Positions 51,772-59,068 of a DNA stretch of 64,000 bases are shown piece by piece. Numbering within the stretch: the first letter of the stretch is position 1; every line of letters starts with the position of its first letter. The stretch covers positions 174,780-238,779 of the forward strand of contig JAZDKB010000015.1 in assembly GCA_043803405.1 (NCBI GenBank). The letters run 5' to 3'. Position numbers and translations under genes: made by a program. The DNA is from Spirochaetota bacterium. GTDB lineage: Bacteria > Spirochaetota > UBA4802 > JAFGDQ01. The notes under the pieces were generated by a model, which made no database searches, was not told the origin of the DNA, and worked only from the letters and a program-made list of their open reading frames with translations.

Positions 51772-51997
51772 TAACTCTCTAAAGGGCGGCTCACTACATA
51801 CATTATTTTTATGTTGAGACTGTTGAAAAATCAAATTTTTTGAAAATTTGAAAAATTCGATTTCGATTACAGGCGATTATAAGCAATGATAGCAAAATAC
51901 GATTAACGAAAATTTTTAAAATTCAAAAAGCTACTATTTTTCAATGATCTCGTTAGAAATAATAAATTTAAACTAACTAAATCAATAATTCTTAATT

Positions 51998-53083
51998 TTA
52001 TAAATACTGTTTATTTATCATTTTCTCTGGTTCTAAACATAGTAAATATAAAATTATTAAAAACATAAATTCTATGGGTTTCATTAAGATATATATTAAA
52101 TCTGCTTTGAATGGTGTATTAATTTTTTTTGATAACGGATAACCATATTTGTCATAATTCTTACGAATCCATCTATGTACTTTTGGGAAATGATCACTTA
52201 TTAATTCTTCAAATGCATTTGCTATTAATAATTGTCTGTTTACAATAATTGTACTGCCTTTACGGGTTCCGAGTCGAAGTGGTTTAACAATTTTATTATG
52301 CCCGCTTGCTGCCACTGTACAGAGATAATGGCCATGATGCTCCAAATATGGAGGATGACTGTACTGCGAAAATTTCCAGGTTGTTGTTTCTGTAAAAACT
52401 TTTACTATTGAATCATGATCTTGCCCTATAAGAAGCAAAAGCATTGTCATTATCAAATATACAGGAATCAACAGCAGAATTACCCATACTGCAAGATTTT
52501 TTGATGAAGCTAATTTTTCGTTAATTAAGTTAAGTATTTTGTTATTAAATTGTCTGTTTTCAGAACATTTTGCTTCTTCAAAAATAACCTTTAATATAAG
52601 AAGAATCACGATAATTATTGTCATCACAGGAGCTAACATAAGAAAAATATTGTCACTACCTCCTACATTAAAATTTTCATTATCATGATTATATGAAAAC
52701 TGAAATATAACAGGAATACAGATGAAGGCTTCAATAAGCATCATCACAATACATGATACCAGAAAAAGAGGCGGCAATTTTCTCCCTTTAGTCCATATTT
52801 GAAAAGATGATATAGAACCCAATATAAAATAAGTGAGTAAAGTCAGCCAGTGTTTGTCCGCAAATGGACTATATGATTCGTCAACTGGATCAATAGCTTC
52901 CTGATATGAAGTATAACCTTTTAATAAAAAGGAAATAACAAATATCGCAAGAGAGGATAAATATAAAAAAAAGATAATATATTCGAAAATAAATTTTACT
53001 TTTCCAATAGAAGATCTGCTATATTTTAATATTAAAAAAGAAAGTATTAAGATACTTATAAATATATACACTAGAATTGGCAT
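51998..53083 (-). CDS. DUF6688-like membrane protein
   Basis: Several TM segments, then GHYLCTVAA.GH..VKP.R.G.R...VNRQL..ANAFE; family recalled from memory. Confidence 0.7.
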   Translation of the reverse strand: MPILVYIFISILILSFLILKYSRSSIGKVKFIFEYIIFFLYLSSLAIFVISFLLKGYTSYQEAIDPVDESYSPFADKHWLTLLTYFILGSISSFQIWTKGRKLPPLFLVSCIVMMLIEAFICIPVIFQFSYNHDNENFNVGGSDNIFLMLAPVMTIIIVILLILKVIFEEAKCSENRQFNNKILNLINEKLASSKNLAVWVILLLIPVYLIMTMLLLLIGQDHDSIVKVFTETTTWKFSQYSHPPYLEHHGHYLCTVAASGHNKIVKPLRLGTRKGSTIIVNRQLLIANAFEELISDHFPKVHRWIRKNYDKYGYPLSKKINTPFKADLIYILMKPIEFMFLIILYLLCLEPEKMINKQYL

Positions 53084-53196
53084 AAGTAGTATTCAGATAA
53101 AATTAAAAAATTTTGCAATTAATTTCTAACTAGTTAATTTAATTTGTTTAGATAATAATTTTAAATTATTATTATGTCTATTATTTTTTTATTAAT

Positions 53197-53442
53197 TTAA
53201 TCTGTAAGAAATGTGAACCGTAGGTTATAATGATTTAAATGATTGGAAAGGATTTTGGCACGGATGTCCATTTGTGCCTGACGCCATCCTTTCCATCCGC
53301 GGTTCAGACAACCAACAACGTGGGTGCTGTTATCAATTTTTTTATTAGGCTTATCAAGGCTGGTAAGAAGCTTATCTATCAAATCTGCTTTTTCTACAGG
53401 TTTCAGAGAAAGCGTGTCTTTGAGTAAATTATCCGTAAGCAT
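53197..53442 (-). pseudogene. truncated addiction-module antitoxin, no partner toxin
   Basis: The first ~37 aa (LSLKPVEKADLIDKLLTSLD) resemble 56685-56882; the expected W..E..R tail is replaced by unrelated sequence. Confidence 0.55.
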
Positions 53443-53564
53443 TGCTTTATCCTCTATCCGTTCTAAATAATTTTATTGATGATATTATTTATTATGAAAA
53501 TTGATTTTGTCAAGTTGTTTAGTTGAATGACATTATGAGATTATTTAATAATTGTATAACACCA

Positions 53565-53880
53565 CGCCCTTGCTCCTTCCATCGCCTTTCTGTTCCCGTT
53601 TACCGTTGCATTCGCCCTTGCTCCTTCCACGCGATTCATTTTACTCTGCGCATCTGCTAACGTGCAACCCGCGGCCGGCCAAAACGCGACAAGCATGGAT
53701 GCTTTAGTGCAGAGCGCAGGCAGGAGGCCTGTTTGCGCTCTGCCGACGTCCTGTCGCTTGGCCGGCATTAGGACATCCTGTCCGTCAAGCTCCGCTTGCT
53801 GACCTTTCGGCCTCCTGCCTCGGTCTGCATTCCTTACCTCCTGTAATTCGCGGAGAGGGGGGCGGATAGAGAGAAGTGTG
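53565..53880. repeat. intergenic repeat A, copy 1 (nested modules 53673-53786 plus extra 52-bp insert 53800-53851)
   Basis: Near-identical to 54456-54785, 57738-57996 and 58739-59062. Confidence 0.92.
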
Positions 53881-53923
53881 TGGGTAAAGTTTTTTTGCCT
53901 GTCAGGTGTTTGAAGATTTTTAT

Positions 53924-54151
53924 CTATGATTCAAATTCAGATCGCGGCAGGCCCGGCTGTCTAATTATAGACATCAGTGTTCCAATACGGATTTCTTTAT
54001 GATTAGGGACGGGTATAGTTATTGTAGAATCTGTTATTCTCTTTTGCATAAGAACATGGCTGCCGTGTGTTCTAATATAAACAAATCCATGTTTTTGCAG
54101 TATGCCGCAAACTTCCTTTCCTGAAAAAATTTTTAATTTACCCAACAGCAA
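53924..54151 (-). CDS. hicA: HicA-family toxin
   Basis: SGKEV..IL.K.GF...R..GSH...VPNHKEI..GTL.SI; start codon uncertain. Confidence 0.88.
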   Translation of the reverse strand: MLLGKLKIFSGKEVCGILQKHGFVYIRTHGSHVLMQKRITDSTITIPVPNHKEIRIGTLMSIIRQPGLPRSEFES

Positions 54152-54359
54152 CCTCTAACTGTGTTATGTAAATTTCTTCATGTAATCGTGTTTTAATTTC
54201 ATCAGGTGATGCGGCTTCAAAAAATAGTTCTAATGCTTCTTTTAAGTTATTTCTGGCTTCATCTACTGTATCTCCCTGGCTTGCTATATCTAACTCCGGG
54301 CACAGGGCAACGTAGCCGTTATCTTCTTTTTCAATAATTGCTGTAAGTTTTTTATTCAT
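54138..54359 (-). CDS. hicB: HicB-family antitoxin
   Basis: AIIEKE..GYVALCPEL..SQGDT.DEA..NLKEALEL. Confidence 0.9.
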   Translation of the reverse strand: MNKKLTAIIEKEDNGYVALCPELDIASQGDTVDEARNNLKEALELFFEAASPDEIKTRLHEEIYITQLEVAVG

Positions 54360-54455
54360 AGTATTCTTGCTCTTATGTTTATTTTTAACTTAACTATTAT
54401 TTACAGTTTGATAAATAGCAACAAATTTATTTAATAATTATTAACAACCACTCTT

Positions 54456-54785
54456 CCGCCCCTGCTGCTAACTCTGCCTTTTACGCGCCCGAAGCGTTTC
54501 TGCCCGCGAGCACCCCAACGCCCTTGCTCCGTTCGCTGCCTTTCTGATCCCGTTCATCGTTGCATTCGCCCTTGCTGCTTCCACGCGATTCGTAACACCT
54601 GGCGCATCTGCTAACGTGCATCCCGCGGCCGGCCAAAACGCGACAAGCATGGATGCTTTAGTGCAGAGCGCAGGCAGGAGGCCTGTTTGCGCTCTGCCGA
54701 CGTCCTGTCGCTTGGCCGGCATTAGGACACCCTGTCAGTCAAGCCCTGCTTGCGGAGAAGGGGGGCGGATAAAGAAAAGTGTGTG
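54456..54785. repeat. intergenic repeat A, copy 2 (nested modules 54627-54740)
   Basis: Direct alignment with the other A copies. Confidence 0.92.
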
Positions 54786-54898
54786 ATGTGTTCTTGTTTA
54801 CAGCACTGAATGTTTTATCCTTAGAGATGAAAGTTTCAAATAACATGTCTTTAATAAATTATAGATCTGCATGTTTTAATTCCTGATTGAATGAATTA

Positions 54899-56014
54899 TT
54901 ATACCGTCCATTCAAATAGCTTTTCAAAAAATTTTGTTGTTCTGTAAAAATGATTTCTGCTAAATATTTCGCGGCCTTCAGTTTTTTTCTCTACTAACCC
55001 GAAATACAAAGCAAAATTATTCAAAAACAGATAGGAAAAACCTGACTCAACAATTGATTGTTTATCTTCTTCATCAGATAATTCGTGAAGTATATACGGG
55101 AAAGCCAGGCCATATGCCTGAGCAAGCTCGACACCTGTTATAAACCCGGCAGCTTTTTTTCTGATCAGATGCAGATTGAAAACATATGATTGCTGCATAA
55201 ATCCGAAAGATTCCGGATATCTTGTGAGATAAAGCCAATTATATGAAGTTGCATAATAATGAAAAAGCATTTTATAGTTTTCATATATGTTGCTGTTTTT
55301 ATAGAGTTTTAAACCCTTTGCAGTAATTGTAAAAATATTGTGCTTTTTTTTCATTAGGCCTGAATTAGTAAAGAAAAAACGCATGGCCTCAATTTCTTTA
55401 ACCTCTGCTTCCATGCGGGGATTGATTTCATAAATCGAATCGTCTTTTATGAACTTTTTGTAGAATTCCTGAACGAGCTTTTGCGGGAAATTCCCTTTTT
55501 GTGTTGCTTTTATACCTTTTTCGCTTTCGGCCAGAGCATTAATAATATATTCAAACTGCCTGTATACCGGAGTTTCTTTTATGAGGTTTTCTTCTATTTC
55601 ATCCCTGAAATGGACAATCGGATTTTCCGAAAAATTATTTCGCAACACTGAACGCATTTGAGTAGAAGACAAACCGAGAAAATCGTCCTGAATTTTGCTG
55701 TTTGCGGCATTCATTTCTTTTTCCATAAATGCCTGCGCTTCATTTATATCATTGAATTCATGCTTCTCCATTTCATTTTTCATTTTATTAAGAACTTCCG
55801 TTGAGGGATTAGGCATGCCAAGGCTTTCCATTAAAGTTGGCACAGGACCGTTTCGCGTATCCCATTTAGCTACAAGTTCACCGTAATGCTCTATGCTATT
55901 TTCAATGCTTTTCTGCGCTGGAAAAGGAATGATATTATCATTCTTCAGACAGCAATGCTTGTACTTCTTCCCACTGCCGCACGGACATGGTTCATTTCTT
56001 CCGACTTTATTCAT
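54899..56014 (-). CDS. SEC-C motif protein
   Basis: N-terminal VGRNEPCPCGSGKKYKHCC; the remainder is uncharacterised. Confidence 0.8.
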   Translation of the reverse strand: MNKVGRNEPCPCGSGKKYKHCCLKNDNIIPFPAQKSIENSIEHYGELVAKWDTRNGPVPTLMESLGMPNPSTEVLNKMKNEMEKHEFNDINEAQAFMEKEMNAANSKIQDDFLGLSSTQMRSVLRNNFSENPIVHFRDEIEENLIKETPVYRQFEYIINALAESEKGIKATQKGNFPQKLVQEFYKKFIKDDSIYEINPRMEAEVKEIEAMRFFFTNSGLMKKKHNIFTITAKGLKLYKNSNIYENYKMLFHYYATSYNWLYLTRYPESFGFMQQSYVFNLHLIRKKAAGFITGVELAQAYGLAFPYILHELSDEEDKQSIVESGFSYLFLNNFALYFGLVEKKTEGREIFSRNHFYRTTKFFEKLFEWTV

Positions 56015-56177
56015 TAATGTTTTTCCAGAAATATTTAATAAGTTTTTGTATATTTACTTTTATTTTAAGACAATAATTAATTAAATAATATCAAGCGATT
56101 ATTATCCGGCTAGTGATTATAGACCTGTTTTTAACAAAATTATTACAGGTTATTCAGCCTTCTGTTTCACTACGCCA

Positions 56178-56369
56178 TTGCATTCGCCCCTGCTGCTTCC
56201 CTTGCCTCTCTGTTCATACCGGATGCTTGTCTGCAAATAACGGGAGCGACGGGCATGGATGCCCTAGTGTCGGACACGGACAGGAGGTCCGTTTGTGTCC
56301 GACCTACGTACGCGGTTCAATAACCCGGAGCGGTATCTACTCACGGAGCGGGGAGGGGCGGAGTGCGTA
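56178..56369. repeat. intergenic repeat B, copy 1 (57-bp module at 56248-56304)
   Basis: Aligns with 57512-57680 and 56957-57035; shares the CGCCCCTGCTGCTTCC start with repeat A segments. Confidence 0.9.
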
Positions 56370-56397
56370 TAGGGGGATTAGGTTACAACGAATGTCA

Positions 56398-56688
56398 TTA
56401 TTTCCTAGACTGCCAATACCATGGCTTTCTATGCATATGAGCTATTGCCCAGATTGTTACCATGTCTTTATCTATTGAAAACAATATTTTATATGGAAAT
56501 TTTGGAATGTATGCTTTATAAATATTATCTGCTTCTATTAAAAACCAATTGGGGTTTTTGATAATTTTTTTTATTTGAGTAATAACAGCTTTTTTAAATC
56601 TTTTTCCTAATCCTTCTGATTGATTTTCATACCAATCAATAGCATCATTAAATTCCTTGTTTGCTAGTTCATCTATACTAATCTTCAT
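56398..56688 (-). CDS. RelE/ParE-family toxin
   Basis: A..E...AI.WYE....LG.RF...KFPY.I......AIAH..RKP.YW. Confidence 0.88.
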   Translation of the reverse strand: MKISIDELANKEFNDAIDWYENQSEGLGKRFKKAVITQIKKIIKNPNWFLIEADNIYKAYIPKFPYKILFSIDKDMVTIWAIAHMHRKPWYWQSRK

Positions 56689-56882
56689 AAATATAGTTTT
56701 TCAAAATCAAGCAGCTTAGCTTTCCCTTCATTAACTGCTTTCATCCGTGATTTAACTTCAATAAGCCATGATTTGCGTATTTCTTCTTCTTCATGATCTA
56801 TGCTGGCAAGAATTAATTCTGCAAAGATCACTCGTTCATTTGGCGGCATTTCCAATGCTTTATCTAAAAGTCCTTTATCCAT
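56685..56882 (-). CDS. addiction-module antitoxin
   Basis: AL.MP..ER...AE..LAS.D......W..EV..R; GAGGAG RBS; 4-bp overlap with the toxin. Confidence 0.85.
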   Translation of the reverse strand: MDKGLLDKALEMPPNERVIFAELILASIDHEEEEIRKSWLIEVKSRMKAVNEGKAKLLDFEKLYL

Positions 56883-56956
56883 AATTATTTCTCCTCGTAT
56901 ATACTTTATATGTTACTCGGAACTTAAATTGCAACAAATTTTCTTTATTAAAATTG

Positions 56957-57100
56957 AATAACGGGAGCTACGTACGCGGTTCAATAACCCGGTGCGGTAT
57001 CTTCTCACAAAGCGGGGAGTGGCGTGGTGCGTAAAGATAGATTGGACGTAATTTATTAATTATTTGCTAAAACAATTTTCCCGTGCCTCTGCTGCTCCCC
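56957..57100. repeat. intergenic repeat B, copy 2 (partial, lacks the 57-bp module)
   Basis: AATAACGGGAGC|TACGTACGCGGTTCAATAACCCGG; 3' extension shared with 57680-57745. Confidence 0.85.
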
Positions 57101-57228
57101 CAATTAAACAAAATTATAACCGAACAATCATTTTTATTTCAGCTATTTTTAGCTGCATAACTTGGAAATTAACTAACACTTTAAATATAAATGAAAAATT
57201 GATCCAGATACTTTGATGTTAATTATCT

Positions 57229-57387
57229 CTAATCATTATCTTTAGGACATCCAAGAATGATGAGTTCTCCTGATGGAGTCTTAGTTACCAATCTCTGTTC
57301 ATTATAAATGGCATAATGGCAAAAAACATATCCATACTGATAGGATACATAAAGATTACACTTTTTACAATCTTCTAATAATTTCAT
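57229..57387 (-). CDS. 52-aa Cys-rich small protein (putative metal-binding)
   Basis: Manual translation: MKLLEDCKKCNLYVSYQYGYVFCHYAIYNEQRLVTKTPSGELIILGCPKDND*; same strand as the neighbouring cassettes. Confidence 0.5.
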   Translation of the reverse strand: MKLLEDCKKCNLYVSYQYGYVFCHYAIYNEQRLVTKTPSGELIILGCPKDND

Positions 57388-57511
57388 GATAGATCTTTCT
57401 TTTGAGTGTTTTTATTTTTTATAAGAGCATATTAACTAAAAGAAGCAATCTATATTTAATAAAAAGCAAGCAAATACATATGAAAATATTCCATAGCTTT
57501 TGCTTAAACCA

Positions 57512-57737
57512 CGCCCCTGCTGCTTCCTTAGCCTCTCTGCGCATACCGAACGCTTGTCTGCAAATAACGGGAGCGACGGGCACGGATGCCCTAGTGTCGG
57601 ACACGGACAGGAGGTCCGTTTGTGTCCGACCTACGCACACGCTTCAATAACCCGGAGCGGTATCTTCTCACGGAGCGGGGTACGTAAAGAGAGATTTGAT
57701 CTAATTTATTAATTATTTGCTAAAACAATTCTCCCAA
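57512..57737. repeat. intergenic repeat B, copy 3 (57-bp module at 57575-57631)
   Basis: Aligns with 56185-56355. Confidence 0.9.
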
Positions 57738-57996
57738 CGCCCCTGCTCCTTTTGCCGCCTTTCTGCTCCCGTTCGCCGTTGCATTCGCCCTTGCTGTTTC
57801 CGCGCGATTCATAACACTTGGCACATCTGCTAACGTGCATCCCGCGGCCGGCCAAAACGCGACAAGCATGGATGCTTTAGTGCAGAGCGCAGGCAGGAGG
57901 CCTGTTTGCGCTCTGCCGACGTCCTGTCGCATAGCCGGCATTAGGACATCCTGTCCGTCAAGCTCCGCTTGCGGAGAGGGGGAGGGTGGATAGAGA
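57738..57996. repeat. intergenic repeat A, copy 3 (nested modules 57846-57959)
   Basis: Direct alignment with the other A copies. Confidence 0.92.
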
Positions 57997-58022
57997 AAAC
58001 AATATAGAAGTAATTGAAAGTT

Positions 58023-58364
58023 TTATTTGGTAATTCCGATAAGAGACTCAACAACTTTTCTTAATTCGGGTATATGGAGTTTAATGGTTTCACTGATTAT
58101 TTTAATATCAATATCTTCGTAGCCATGAACTATTCTATTGCGGAGGCCGATAATTTTGGAACTTGGCAATTCATTTAAAATATTTGTATTTTCAATTTTA
58201 TTAACTGCTTCACCGATCTGAGTGATACACATCATTATTGCATATTCGCCCTCAATATCAGAAAGAGTCTTCTCAATTGTGCCATGTTTTTCAACAATAA
58301 TGTTAATATCACTGATATATTTTAATATCAATTCCAATTTGGCAAGATCGCTTCTTTTAAACAT
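58023..58364 (-). CDS. HepT-like (DUF86/HEPN) RNase toxin
   Basis: QIGEA and the RNRIVHGY (RX4HXY) motif. Confidence 0.88.
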   Translation of the reverse strand: MFKRSDLAKLELILKYISDINIIVEKHGTIEKTLSDIEGEYAIMMCITQIGEAVNKIENTNILNELPSSKIIGLRNRIVHGYEDIDIKIISETIKLHIPELRKVVESLIGITK

Positions 58365-58665
58365 ACATAACTTCCGGGAGAATATATTTCTTGCCTATCT
58401 CATTTAATGCATTTTTATTCGCCAGATCAATTTCCATTCCGAGCTCTTTTTTAAATTCTTTTTCTATCTGCTCAATTACCGGTATTACATCCCAACCCGG
58501 ATATTTTTTATAAAAGCTGTCAGTCATTTCATACAATATATCAATATCGCTATTTTCGGTTTCTTCTCCGCGTACGTATGAGCCGAAGACACCAAGGATT
58601 ATAAAACCCTCAGGTTCGTATTTGCTCTTTAAATTTTTTATTTTATTTATTACTGTAGTATTCAT
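58357..58665 (-). CDS. MntA-like minimal nucleotidyltransferase antitoxin
   Basis: VFGSYVRGE....SDIDIL; overlaps the HEPN gene. Confidence 0.88.
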   Translation of the reverse strand: MNTTVINKIKNLKSKYEPEGFIILGVFGSYVRGEETENSDIDILYEMTDSFYKKYPGWDVIPVIEQIEKEFKKELGMEIDLANKNALNEIGKKYILPEVMYV

Positions 58666-58738
58666 ATTTTAAACTTAATTTATTCAATTTACATGTACTA
58701 ATACTTAAAAATAATTTTTGTCAAGTTGTTTAATCATA

Positions 58739-59062
58739 CCGCCCCTGCTGCTAACTATACCTTTTGCGCGCTCCGAAGCGTTTCTGCCCGCGAGCACCCC
58801 AACGCCATTGCTCCTTTCGCCGCCTTTCTGTTCCCGTTTGCCGTTGCATTCGCCCTTGCTGCTTCCATGCGATTCATAACACCTGGCGCATCTACTAACG
58901 TGCATCCCGCGGCCGGCCAAAACGCGACAAGCACGGATGCTTTAGTGCAGAGCGCAGGCAGGAGGCCTGTTTGCGCTCTGCCGACGTCCTGTCGCTTGGC
59001 CGGCATTAGGACGTCCTGTCCGTCAAGCTCCGCTTGCGGGGAAGGGGGCGGATAGAGAGAAG
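58739..59062. repeat. intergenic repeat A, copy 4 (nested modules 58911-59024)
   Basis: Direct alignment with the other A copies; ends 7 bp from the hsdR stop. Confidence 0.92.
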
Positions 59063-59068
59063 AATGCT

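Noticed and set aside
56113..59055. ORFs 56113-56478, 57402-57650, 57419-57640, 57500-57712, 58705-58920 and 58726-59055
   Set aside because: They are translations of the GC-rich repeats, with no RBS or protein-like features.
53565..59062. CRISPR array interpretation of the recurring CGCCCYTGCTSCT motif
   Set aside because: The intervening sequences are conserved between copies rather than unique spacers, spacing is irregular, and no cas genes are present.
53565..59062. Classical integron attC sites
   Set aside because: GTTAGCA occurs on the minus strand, but there is no RYYYAAC inverse core after the gene stops, the repeats are too long, and no intI is in the window.
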